A DNA stretch of 44,633 bases, from NCBI GenBank assembly GCA_035700225.1, contig DASSOT010000053.1, positions 1-44,633 of the forward strand, written 5' to 3'. A program made the position numbers and the translations under genes. Of this stretch, positions 1 to 8,581 are shown piece after piece; the first letter of the stretch is position 1; every line of letters begins with the position of its first letter. The notes beneath the pieces were generated by a model. The model saw only the letters and a program-made list of their open reading frames with translations. It had not been told where the DNA came from and searched no databases. The DNA is from Candidatus Saccharimonadales bacterium (lineage in GTDB: Bacteria > Patescibacteriota > Saccharimonadia > Saccharimonadales > 2-12-FULL-41-12).

Positions 1-1
1 G

Positions 2-739
2 GCGCTGAAGCTATGGGGAGGGAAACTCATACTCAAGTCAAAGCTCGATGCCTACGATGGCCGGGGCAATGAAGTCATTACAGACAAGTCACAGATAGCA
101 GGCGCCATAGAAAGGTTTTCCGGCGGCGGAGTATACGCTGAAAAAATAGTAGATTTTCAGAAGGAACTGGCCGTAATGTCTGCGAAAGATATAGAGGGGA
201 ACATTTCCAGCTATCCGGTGGTGGAAACCGTGCACAAGCGCAACATCTGCGTCGAGGTCTACGCCCCGGCGGACATCAGCCCCGCGATAGCGCATTCAGC
301 CCGGGAAACAGCAAGCAGGGTGGTCAAAGAACTTGAAGGAGCAGGCGTATATGGCGTAGAGATGTTTTTGGACAAAGAAGAAAACGTATTTATCAACGAA
401 ATAGCGCCAAGAGTGCATAACTCCGGCCATTTCACCATGGATATGTGCGAGCCTTCACAGTTCAAACAGCACATCTTGGCCGTTACCGGGCAGAAACTTG
501 AAACACCGGTAATGAGGGCGCCTTTTTGCTGTATGGTAAATATCCTGGGCGAAAGAGACGGACCTGTCGAGATGAAAGGCGTAGAGGAGGCAGAAAAGAT
601 TCCCGGCGTAAGCGTCTATATTTACGGAAAAAAACCGACTAAAATAGACCGTAAGATGGGACACATAAACGCCATCGGCGATACAATGGAAACTGCGAAG
701 AATAAAGCTATGCAAGCAAGAAAATTAATCAGCATTTAG
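2..739 (+). CDS. purK: N5-carboxyaminoimidazole ribonucleotide synthase (PurK), C-terminal part; 5' end outside window
   Basis: Frame is open from base 2 (ALKLWGGKLILKSKLDAYDGRGN...) and runs into the 176..739 ORF. ATP-grasp PurK motifs are present: YDGRGN, NEIAPRVHNSGH, KMGHINA. It sits directly upstream of purE. Confidence 0.85.
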   Translation, partial: ALKLWGGKLILKSKLDAYDGRGNEVITDKSQIAGAIERFSGGGVYAEKIVDFQKELAVMSAKDIEGNISSYPVVETVHKRNICVEVYAPADISPAIAHSARETASRVVKELEGAGVYGVEMFLDKEENVFINEIAPRVHNSGHFTMDMCEPSQFKQHILAVTGQKLETPVMRAPFCCMVNILGERDGPVEMKGVEEAEKIPGVSVYIYGKKPTKIDRKMGHINAIGDTMETAKNKAMQARKLISI

Positions 740-747
740 GAGCAAAT

Positions 748-1239
748 ATGGACAAACCTTCAGTCGGCATAATAATGGGTTCCAAATCAGACAAAGACAT
801 AATGGACAAGGCCGCACAAACCCTGGACGAACTGGGCGTAGCATACGAACTGCGCATAGTTTCCGCCCATAGGACCCCGGATGTCATGGATGAGTACGCG
901 GCAACTGCGCGCGAACGCGGTTTGAAGGTCATAATCGCAGGAGCCGGCGGTTCGGCCCATCTGCCAGGTATGACAGCCTCCCACACGACCCTGCCGGTCA
1001 TAGCCGTACCCATAAAACGCAACGAAAACGACCACGAGGCGCTTTGGTCGAACATAAAGATGCCTCCTGGCATACCGCTGGCGACAATGCCGGAAAACGG
1101 CGCCGGGAATGCCGCTTTGATGGCTGTGGAAATCCTCTCGCTAAACGACGACAAACTAGCGGAAAAGTACCAGGCTTACCGACAAAAGATGCACGACGCC
1201 GTCATAGAAGACGACAAGAACATAAATAATAATTTATAA
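748..1239 (+). CDS. purE: N5-carboxyaminoimidazole ribonucleotide mutase (PurE, class I)
   Basis: GIIMGSKSD...SAHRTP...AGAGGSAHLPGM...PVIAVP motifs. AGGAG lies 6 nt upstream of the ATG. Confidence 0.95.
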   Translation: MDKPSVGIIMGSKSDKDIMDKAAQTLDELGVAYELRIVSAHRTPDVMDEYAATARERGLKVIIAGAGGSAHLPGMTASHTTLPVIAVPIKRNENDHEALWSNIKMPPGIPLATMPENGAGNAALMAVEILSLNDDKLAEKYQAYRQKMHDAVIEDDKNINNNL

Positions 1240-1240
1240 G

Positions 1241-1249
1241 TGTTACAAT
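1241..1249 (+). promoter_or_regulatory. Extended -10 element TGtTACAAT, 6 nt upstream of the GTG at 1256
   Basis: Read directly: TGTTACAAT-ttaggc-GTG. No Shine-Dalgarno fits in between. Confidence 0.4.
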
Positions 1250-1255
1250 TTAGGC

Positions 1256-1810
1256 GTGAAAGACTCTACTCTTAAAGATTTCTTGAGGAACCTGGGAAAC
1301 AGGTCGCCCGCACCGGGCGGAGGAGCGGTTTCAGCCATTAACGGCGCACTGGCCTCGGCTCAGCTGAAGATGGTCTGTGAATATACAAAAGATGAATCCG
1401 TCAAAAATAATGCGGAACCACTAGCCCGAAAGACCGACAAGTTTCTGGGTCTTGCCGAAGAGGACGCAGAAGCTTTTGAGAGCGTAAGCAACGCATACAA
1501 GACCGGCGACAAGACGAGGATTGACACTGCACTGGCTGAGGCTGTCAAAGTAAGCTCCGGCGTTCTGGCAGACTGCGAAGAAGTCTTAGAACTTTGCGAA
1601 AAAAATTATGAAAAGTTCAACCGCAAATTGAATGCAGACGTCATAACCGCACTTGCAAATCTGAGGGCCGCCGTACTTTCATCACAAGCCATGATAAGAA
1701 CCAATAAGAACGCCTTTTCTTCCGAGCCGAACGACCTGGAAGGGCAACTGCGTTTTTCTGACGAGCTCAAGCTACGCATAGACAGACTTACGGAAAGTAT
1801 CGAGGTTTAG
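1256..1810 (+). CDS. Cyclodeaminase/cyclohydrolase family protein (FTCD_C / FchA-like methenyl-THF cyclohydrolase)
   Basis: N-terminal FL..LG.RSPAPGGGAVSAINGAL...MVC, then EDAEAFESV..AY and NADVITAL. These align with FchA/FTCD C-domain signatures as I recall them. GTG start. Confidence 0.75.
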   Translation: MKDSTLKDFLRNLGNRSPAPGGGAVSAINGALASAQLKMVCEYTKDESVKNNAEPLARKTDKFLGLAEEDAEAFESVSNAYKTGDKTRIDTALAEAVKVSSGVLADCEEVLELCEKNYEKFNRKLNADVITALANLRAAVLSSQAMIRTNKNAFSSEPNDLEGQLRFSDELKLRIDRLTESIEV

Positions 1811-1812
1811 GA

Positions 1813-2667
1813 GTGGTGCGAATACTGGACGGCAAAGAACTTTCAAAGAAAATACGCGATGATGTGGCGAGGCGCGTAGAGTCCTTGTCAACCAAACCTG
1901 TTTTAGCCATAGTGTTGGCAACGAAAGATGAAAGCGCCAAAGCCTACACGGGAGTGATAATAAAGGCGAGCGAAAAAGCCGGGATTGACGCAGTCTTACA
2001 CGATATAGGTGAAAAGGCCGGACACGATGAAATCATGGCGAAAGTCAAAACATTAGCCAACGACAAAAATACTCACGGAATAATCATACAGACGCCGGTT
2101 TCAGACGACTTCGATATAGATGAAGCTCGCTCTCTGATACCTTTGGAAAAGGACATAGATGGAGCGAACCCTCTGAGCGCCGGCAGACTTTTTTCCGGAC
2201 TGGAATCATTCGCTCCGGCTACGGCGCAAGCTGTCATAGAGATGATAAACAGCCACGATATAGGAGTGTCCGGTAAGAATGCAGTAATCATAGGCAGAAG
2301 CAGGATAGTCGGAAAACCGGTGGCGCATCTTTTACTGAATATGGATGCGACTGTCACCATCTGCCATAGCGCTACAAAAGACCTGCCGTCTTTCACTAAA
2401 GAAGCCGACATACTTGTGGTAGCCGCCGGCAAGACAGGCCTGATTGGCAAAGAGCACATCAGCCCGGACAAAGGCGTAGCGGTAATAGACATAGGCACTA
2501 ATTTTAACGAATCAGGCAAGCTTGTAGGCGATGTGAAATATGACGAAGTGGAGCGTGTAGCGGGCGCTATAACACCTGTACCTGGAGGTGTGGGGCCGGT
2601 TACTACGGCGATACTGCTAAAAAATACCCTCGAAGCATGCTTGAACCAAACAGGGCAAAGAGGTTGA
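1813..2667 (+). CDS. folD: Methylene-THF dehydrogenase (FolD family); the cyclohydrolase catalytic Lys appears replaced
   Basis: Collinear with E. coli FolD over the full length: ILDGK, GRSRIVGKP Rossmann motif, PVPGGVGP. GTG start 2 nt after the upstream stop. See the finding on Y45-x-x-x-I49. Confidence 0.9.
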   Translation: MVRILDGKELSKKIRDDVARRVESLSTKPVLAIVLATKDESAKAYTGVIIKASEKAGIDAVLHDIGEKAGHDEIMAKVKTLANDKNTHGIIIQTPVSDDFDIDEARSLIPLEKDIDGANPLSAGRLFSGLESFAPATAQAVIEMINSHDIGVSGKNAVIIGRSRIVGKPVAHLLLNMDATVTICHSATKDLPSFTKEADILVVAAGKTGLIGKEHISPDKGVAVIDIGTNFNESGKLVGDVKYDEVERVAGAITPVPGGVGPVTTAILLKNTLEACLNQTGQRG

Positions 2668-2715
2668 AAAAAACCATAAATAAATTAAAATAAGGGTAGG
2701 AGTAACACTTGCGTT

Positions 2716-4182
2716 ATGCACACCGAGGATAAGCTGAAGGAAAAATGCGCGGTATTTGCGACTTACGGGAAATCCCCCGAAGCCGCTAGACTGGCTTATT
2801 ACGGACTCTGGGCGATGCAACACAGAGGGCAAGAGAGTTCAGGCATAGCCTCCTCTGACGGCAAGCGCATATTCGATTTTTCAGATTTCGGCCTTGTTGC
2901 CAACGTATACCGCGAAGAAGATTTGAAAGAACTTCACGGCCATATATCGATAGGACATAACCGCTATTCCACTTCCGGCGGGCACGACGCCATGTATAAC
3001 CAGCCTTTCGTAAACGGCGCGCGGTCCTTCGCTTTCGCCCATAACGGCAACCTGCCGGTGACGGACAAGCTGGAAGCTTACCTGACGAAGCACAAGGTGA
3101 GCAATGAGAAGCTCAATGACTCCGGAATGATGGCCGCCGCTATTGAGCAGGAAATGCAGATGGGACGCACCCTCCCGGAAGCAATCAAAGAATCATACCC
3201 CCTCTTCGAGGGGATTTTTTCTGCCGTCGCAATGGACAGGTCCTGCGTAGTCGGTTTTCGCGACAGACACGGCGTACGGCCTCTTTCCATCGGTAAGATA
3301 AAAGACGGTTACGTGATAGTTTCCGAAACCTGTACTTTTGACACCATAGGCGCCGAGTACGTAAGGGACGTGCTTCCGGGCGAGATGGTAGTGGTAGACG
3401 AAAACGGCCTTACCTCTTACCAGGTTGAAAAGGGTGATTTGAAATTGGATATCTTTGAATTCGTTTATTTCGCCCGTCCGGACAGTATGCTTCTCGGTAA
3501 GAGCGTGAACAGGGTCAGAGAAAACCTCGGAAGCGAACTCGCCAAGGAGTATAAGACAAAAGCCGACGTAGTCGTCCCCGTACCGGATTCTTCCATACCG
3601 GCGGCGCTGGGTTTTTCAAAGAAAAGCGGTATCCCGCTGGAGCTCGGCCTGGTAAAGAACCGGTACATAAACCGCACCTTTATCCGCCCGACTAACGAAC
3701 TGCGCAAGCGCGACCTTATGCTGAAACTCAACCCGGTATCGGAAACCATGAAAGGTAAAAGTGTAATTCTGGTTGATGACTCCATCGTACGCGGCCATAC
3801 CCTCAAGCAGGTTGTAGCCATGCTCAGGGATGCAGGCGCCAGGAAAGTGCATCTGATGATAAGCTCTCCGCCGGTTATGTATCCTGATTTTTACGGTATC
3901 AATACCCCCTCACAATCCGACCTCATAGCATCAAAGATGAACAATGCTGAAATCTGTAAATACATGGGGGCTGATTCGTTGAACTATCTTTCATTCTCCG
4001 GAATGATAAAGGCAACCGGCCTTGCTGAAAGCAATTTCTGCACTTCTTGCTTCACGGGTATATATCCGTCGCCTATAGGCAAAAGAGCGGAAGGTATAAA
4101 TTACATTAACTCCCGCCCGGTGACAAAACCGATAGTGTATCAAAAACATCCGGCTAAAAAGCCCGCAGAGGTACTCGTCTGA
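2716..4182 (+). CDS. purF: Amidophosphoribosyltransferase (PurF), Fe-S type
   Basis: A short propeptide precedes the nucleophile Cys (KCAVFATYG). PRPP loop VILVDDSIVRGHT. C-terminal CTSCFTG cysteine pair. Confidence 0.95.
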   Translation: MHTEDKLKEKCAVFATYGKSPEAARLAYYGLWAMQHRGQESSGIASSDGKRIFDFSDFGLVANVYREEDLKELHGHISIGHNRYSTSGGHDAMYNQPFVNGARSFAFAHNGNLPVTDKLEAYLTKHKVSNEKLNDSGMMAAAIEQEMQMGRTLPEAIKESYPLFEGIFSAVAMDRSCVVGFRDRHGVRPLSIGKIKDGYVIVSETCTFDTIGAEYVRDVLPGEMVVVDENGLTSYQVEKGDLKLDIFEFVYFARPDSMLLGKSVNRVRENLGSELAKEYKTKADVVVPVPDSSIPAALGFSKKSGIPLELGLVKNRYINRTFIRPTNELRKRDLMLKLNPVSETMKGKSVILVDDSIVRGHTLKQVVAMLRDAGARKVHLMISSPPVMYPDFYGINTPSQSDLIASKMNNAEICKYMGADSLNYLSFSGMIKATGLAESNFCTSCFTGIYPSPIGKRAEGINYINSRPVTKPIVYQKHPAKKPAEVLV

Positions 4183-4185
4183 TAG

Positions 4186-4869
4186 ATGGCACCGGTAAAG
4201 ATAGCAATACTGGCGTCCGGAAGCGGAACGACCGCTGAAAGATTTATTACCGACTGCGTCAACGGCAGAGTCGCCGGCGACGTAGTCTTGGTAATTGCCA
4301 ACAACAAAAACGCCCAGGTTTTCGACAGGGTGGCTAAACTTAATAATAAACACGGGCTGGATATAAAAACTGCCAACATCGGAAAAAGCACTCACCCCCC
4401 GAAAGACAACGAAGAAGTAGAATACGGGCATCAGACCTCCGCCGAAGAACAAGCGATATTAAAAGAGTTAAAAAGTGCAGGCATAGACCTGGTTTTATTA
4501 CTGGGCTACATGAAGCTGGTAGGAAAAAGCATTGTCGAAAAATACGGCTGGCGGGATGATTATATGTCTGTATACCAGGCAAGGATGCTAAACACTCACC
4601 CTGGCCTTCTACCCGCTACCAAAGGCTTGTTCGGTATACACGTACAGGAGAGGGTCATAGCCGGCAAGCTGGAGGCAGGGCATTGCCTGTTTGCCGTGGA
4701 TTCCGAGTATGACGACGGCCCGGTCATCGCAGAACACAAGGTGCAGGTTGATAAAGAAGATACCCCGGAAAGCCTTTTTGAGAGAGTAAAGGACTCGGAG
4801 AAGATACACCTAGCCGAAGACATTAACGGATTCATAGTTGAACAGAAAAAATATATGGGAGTAGAATAG
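4186..4869 (+). CDS. purN: Phosphoribosylglycinamide formyltransferase (PurN)
   Basis: KIAILASGSGT; catalytic N/H in MLNTHPGLLP; Asp in VDSEYDDGPV. Two short insertions relative to E. coli PurN. Confidence 0.9.
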   Translation: MAPVKIAILASGSGTTAERFITDCVNGRVAGDVVLVIANNKNAQVFDRVAKLNNKHGLDIKTANIGKSTHPPKDNEEVEYGHQTSAEEQAILKELKSAGIDLVLLLGYMKLVGKSIVEKYGWRDDYMSVYQARMLNTHPGLLPATKGLFGIHVQERVIAGKLEAGHCLFAVDSEYDDGPVIAEHKVQVDKEDTPESLFERVKDSEKIHLAEDINGFIVEQKKYMGVE

Positions 4870-4876
4870 TTCCCAT

Positions 4877-6163
4877 ATGGGCAAGAAAGTCATGGTCATC
4901 GGCGGGACCGGCGGCAGGGAGCACGCTCTTTCCTGGAAGTTGTCACAGTCGCCTAAGGTTGAAAAAGTATATCTGGCGCCAGGAAACGGCGGAACCGGAA
5001 ATACGGGAGAGAATGTAGATATCTCGCCATCAAAAACCGACGGATTGATTGATTTTTGCAAAGAGAAAGATGTAGACCTGGTGGTGATAGGCCCTGATGA
5101 TCTATTGGCTGATGGTTTGTGTGATGAGTTTCAAAAAAACGGTTTCGCCGTGTTCGGTCCGTCAAAAAAAGCGGCCAGGATAGAATCATCAAAAGCTTTC
5201 GCTAAAAATTTGATGAAAAAACAAGGCGTGCCAACTGCGGAGTATGAAGTATTTACTGATACGGAAAAGGCTTTGGATTACGCCCGTAATCATCAGTATC
5301 CTCTGGTCGTAAAGGCAAGCGGACTGGCTTTGGGCAAGGGCGTGTTGATATGCGATGATTTCGAATCCGCGCAAAACGCTATAAATTCGATAATGGTAGA
5401 TAAAGTATTCAAGTCCGCCGGCGAAACCATAGTGATAGAAGATTTCATGCAGGGTAGCGAGGTTTCGTTCCATGTCTTGAGCGACGGAACAAACAGGGTC
5501 ATGTTTCCGCCCAGCCAGGATCATAAACAGGTTTTTGACGGTGACAAAGGGCCTAACACCGGAGGCATGGGAGTATTCGGGCCAGTCAGCTGGATTTCAG
5601 CCGAACTTGCAGATACTGTAGACAAAAATATTGTCGAGCCCATACTCGAGGGCCTGAAGGAAGAAAAGAGTACTTTTGCCGGATGCTTATACCCCGGATT
5701 GATGATAACCAAAGACGGACCGAAAGTAGTAGAATACAATTCGCGTTTCGGCGACCCGGAAACACAGATATACATGAGGTTGATGGAATCCGATCTATAC
5801 GACCTTTTGTACGCTTGCGCTACCGGAAGCCTGAAACCGGATATGCTGAAATGGAAGCCCGGTTTTGCCGTCAGCGTAGTGCTGGCATCCGGCGGATATC
5901 CGGAAAGCTACGAAAAAGGCATCGAAATAACAGGATGCGAAGAAGCCGAAGCCATGGAAGACATCGTCCTCTTTCACGCGGGGACCAGGATGGAAGACGG
6001 CAGACTATTAACGTCAGGCGGCAGGGTCATGAATGTGACCGCTACAGGCGATACGCTGGATGAAGCCATAGCCAAAGCCTATAAGGCCGTAGAAAAGATA
6101 CATTTTGACAAGATGCACTATCGCACAGATATAGGCCGGCGCGAAATACCACACTTTTTATAG
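4877..6163 (+). CDS. purD: Phosphoribosylamine-glycine ligase (PurD)
   Basis: KVMVIGGTGGREHAL, ATP-grasp core, VVEYNSRFGDPE, GGRVMNVTA. Confidence 0.95.
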   Translation: MGKKVMVIGGTGGREHALSWKLSQSPKVEKVYLAPGNGGTGNTGENVDISPSKTDGLIDFCKEKDVDLVVIGPDDLLADGLCDEFQKNGFAVFGPSKKAARIESSKAFAKNLMKKQGVPTAEYEVFTDTEKALDYARNHQYPLVVKASGLALGKGVLICDDFESAQNAINSIMVDKVFKSAGETIVIEDFMQGSEVSFHVLSDGTNRVMFPPSQDHKQVFDGDKGPNTGGMGVFGPVSWISAELADTVDKNIVEPILEGLKEEKSTFAGCLYPGLMITKDGPKVVEYNSRFGDPETQIYMRLMESDLYDLLYACATGSLKPDMLKWKPGFAVSVVLASGGYPESYEKGIEITGCEEAEAMEDIVLFHAGTRMEDGRLLTSGGRVMNVTATGDTLDEAIAKAYKAVEKIHFDKMHYRTDIGRREIPHFL

Positions 6164-6281
6164 AGCAGGTTGGATTTTCATACTAGGACTTTGAGGACTT
6201 TGGCGTTTTGTTGCGGAAGAGTCGCAAACGCCACGGGCTGAACTGCAAGTTCACCCGTAGAGAGCTCTTCCGAAGCAAAAT

Positions 6282-6297
6282 GGTAAAGGCCTTTACC
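6282..6297 (-). terminator. Putative intrinsic terminator of prs
   Basis: Perfect palindrome GGTAAAGGCCTTTACC abuts the prs stop codon. On the minus strand it is followed by ATTTTGCTT. Confidence 0.5.
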
Positions 6298-7271
6298 TAC
6301 AAGGCCTGGTTGAGGCCGTCAAAGAGGGCCGAGACTGACTGCTGTTCGAATATGGCCTGTATTGCGTCGGCTATCAGGTCGACTATTGATATTTCCACAA
6401 GTATCTCCAGCTTACGGCTTTTTTCCGGTACAGGCAGGGTGTTTGTCACGGCCAGGTGATCTATGGGCGATTTCTTTATCCTCTCAATGGCCGGGTCTGA
6501 AAATATACCGTGCGTAGCGGCGGCGGAAACGGCCTTGGCGCCATGGTCTATCAAAAGCTGTGCGGCGGCACACATCGTACCGGCGGTATCAATCATGTCG
6601 TCGATGATAATGCACCTTTTGCCTTTGATATTTCCGATTATGTCTATGGCTTCGGCTTCATTCTTGCGCGAACGGCGTTTGTGCACTATTGCTATGTCTG
6701 CATTCAGACGCGAAGCATAGCGTTCGGTAAGTTTTACCCGGCCGGCATCAGGCGATACTATGACCAGTTCTTCGCCTTCGAATTTTTTCTTCAGATGCTC
6801 AACCAGCACCGGCAAAGCGATCAAATGGTCGAAAGGACCGTTGAAAAAACCTTGTATCTGGCCGGCGTGCAAGTCCACACAAGCTATACGGTTAGCTCCG
6901 GCAGAAGCCAGGATATCTATGACAAGCCTAGCGGTGATGGGCTCGCGCCCGGAAGATTTTCTGTCCTGTCTTGCATAACCCAGGAAAGGACAGACGGCTG
7001 TGATGTGCCGGGCTGAAGCTCTTTTAGCCGCATCTATGATGATGGCCTGCTCCATCAATGCTTCTGCAACGGAGTTCGTATGAGCCTGAAAAATAAAAAC
7101 GTCGGCTCCGCGAACCGACTCTTCAAGGTGGCATTTTATCTCTCCGTTGGCGAATCTTTCAATCCCAGTGTCGGAAAGCCTCACGCCCAGGCGCTTGGCC
7201 ACCATTTCGGCGAGTTCCATATGGTGGCTCCCCGAAAAAATTTGCAATCTTTTATTTTCAACTCTGTTCAC
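6297..7271 (-). CDS. prs: Ribose-phosphate pyrophosphokinase (PRPP synthase)
   Basis: GYARQDRK and the PRPP-binding loop CIIIDDMIDTAGT. GTG start with GGAGG 4 nt upstream. Confidence 0.95.
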   Translation of the reverse strand: MNRVENKRLQIFSGSHHMELAEMVAKRLGVRLSDTGIERFANGEIKCHLEESVRGADVFIFQAHTNSVAEALMEQAIIIDAAKRASARHITAVCPFLGYARQDRKSSGREPITARLVIDILASAGANRIACVDLHAGQIQGFFNGPFDHLIALPVLVEHLKKKFEGEELVIVSPDAGRVKLTERYASRLNADIAIVHKRRSRKNEAEAIDIIGNIKGKRCIIIDDMIDTAGTMCAAAQLLIDHGAKAVSAAATHGIFSDPAIERIKKSPIDHLAVTNTLPVPEKSRKLEILVEISIVDLIADAIQAIFEQQSVSALFDGLNQAL

Positions 7272-7304
7272 ATAACCTCCAATTGTGCAGACGTATTTCT
7301 CATA

Positions 7305-7313
7305 ATTTTAGCA
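7305..7313 (-). promoter_or_regulatory. Extended -10 element TGcTAAAAT for prs
   Basis: Minus strand reads TGCTAAAAT, then about 25 nt, then GGAGG-ttat-GTG. This is a leadered, SD-containing arrangement. Confidence 0.45.
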
Positions 7314-7404
7314 TAGCCGGAAGAATCCATAAAACATTACGGCCAGAATTCAAATTATTTTGCCACAAGCCCGATTAAAAGATAAGCTATAGTTAGAGAA
7401 ACCT

Positions 7405-8502
7405 ATGACGGACAAACTTTCATATCATAAAAGTGTCGATTATTCTATTGCCGACCCGGCGAAGGTGCTTGCCCAGAAAAAGGCCGCCGAAACCGCGGGC
7501 AACATGCCGTTCGGTTTTAAGGAACTTGGCGGAACAAGAGGCGAATCAGCCTATGTGTTCGATATGGGCGAAAGCTACGGCGCGCTAGTCCAGGAAGGCC
7601 TGGGTACCAAAAGCCTGATAGCTCAGAGCATTTACGCTCAAACCGGTAAATCACACTTCAAAGCCATAGCCAAAGACACCGTCGCAACCTTCATAAACGA
7701 TCTGATAAGCGTCGGCGCCACTCCTGTCGTAAGCAATGCTTACTGGTCTTCAAGCTCATACAAATGGCTGGGGGACAAGAAACTCACCGAGGATTTCATA
7801 AACGGCTGGAAAGAAGCTTGCGACGAGGCCAAAATAGTCTGGGGCGGAGGCGAAACCCAGTCCCTAAACGGCATTGTTAAGGATGGCGTGCTGGAATTTG
7901 CCGGTTCCGCTTTCGGAGTAATCAGCCCTAAAAGCGAGCTTGTAACCGAAGAGAACCTGAAGGCCGGCGACGCAATCGTATTGATTGAAGCCAGCGGAGT
8001 ACACGCCAACGGCATAAGCCTGACCAGGGAAATAGCCGCAAAATTAAAAGACGGTTATCAAACCAAGTTTGATTCCGGAGCTACTTTCGGCGAAGCTTTG
8101 CTGGTACCGACACATCTATATTCTAATGTGGTAAGAAAACTGTTTTCAGAAGGAGTGGATGTCCACTATCTATCAAATATCACCGGCCACGGCTGGCGCA
8201 AGATAATGCGGGCTACCGCTGAATTTAGCTATGTAATAGAAAAAGTCCCGCCGGCTCAGGAAGTGTTCGCTTTCATCATGGAAAAAAGCGGCAACAGCGA
8301 AACAGAGATGTACGGAAACTACAATATGGGAGCTGGCTACGCAGTGTATGTTCCTGATGAACAGGCTGACAAAGCAGTAGCCGCCGCGCAATCTTGTGGC
8401 CTCAAAGCCTGGGTCGCCGGACGCCTGGAAAAAGGTCCGAAAAAGCTGGAGATAAGGCCCAAGGGCATAAGCTTTGAGGGCGAGAGCCTCGGCGTCAGAT
8501 AG
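7405..8502 (+). CDS. purM: AIR synthase family protein (divergent PurM-like phosphoribosylformylglycinamidine cyclo-ligase)
   Basis: Collinear with PurM motifs: QEGLGTKS (cf. DGVGTK), INDLISVGATP (cf. VNDLVVQGAEP), WGGGETQS (cf. VGGETAEM), NITGHGW (cf. HLTGGG), NMGAGY (cf. NCGVGM). Lies between prs and purL. Confidence 0.75.
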   Translation: MTDKLSYHKSVDYSIADPAKVLAQKKAAETAGNMPFGFKELGGTRGESAYVFDMGESYGALVQEGLGTKSLIAQSIYAQTGKSHFKAIAKDTVATFINDLISVGATPVVSNAYWSSSSYKWLGDKKLTEDFINGWKEACDEAKIVWGGGETQSLNGIVKDGVLEFAGSAFGVISPKSELVTEENLKAGDAIVLIEASGVHANGISLTREIAAKLKDGYQTKFDSGATFGEALLVPTHLYSNVVRKLFSEGVDVHYLSNITGHGWRKIMRATAEFSYVIEKVPPAQEVFAFIMEKSGNSETEMYGNYNMGAGYAVYVPDEQADKAVAAAQSCGLKAWVAGRLEKGPKKLEIRPKGISFEGESLGVR

Positions 8503-8581
8503 CAAAAGTAGGCCCAAGCCGTAGCAAACAACGGTTAAATCAGCTAAAATATAAACAGTAATTGGAAAAAAGCTTAACAGT

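Noticed and set aside
729-1154. 141-aa minus-strand ORF
   Set aside because: It is antisense to purE.
5683-6063. 126-aa Arg-rich plus-strand ORF
   Set aside because: It is an alternative frame inside purD. The extreme Arg content is characteristic of an off-frame reading of GC-rich codons.
6202-6232. Hairpin GGCGT...ACGCC after purD as an intrinsic terminator
   Set aside because: The stem is bulged and imperfect, and no T-run follows on the plus strand.
7272-7404. Purine, ZTP or THF riboswitch upstream of purM/purL or the folate genes
   Set aside because: No conserved riboswitch core sequences are visible, and the leaders are short.
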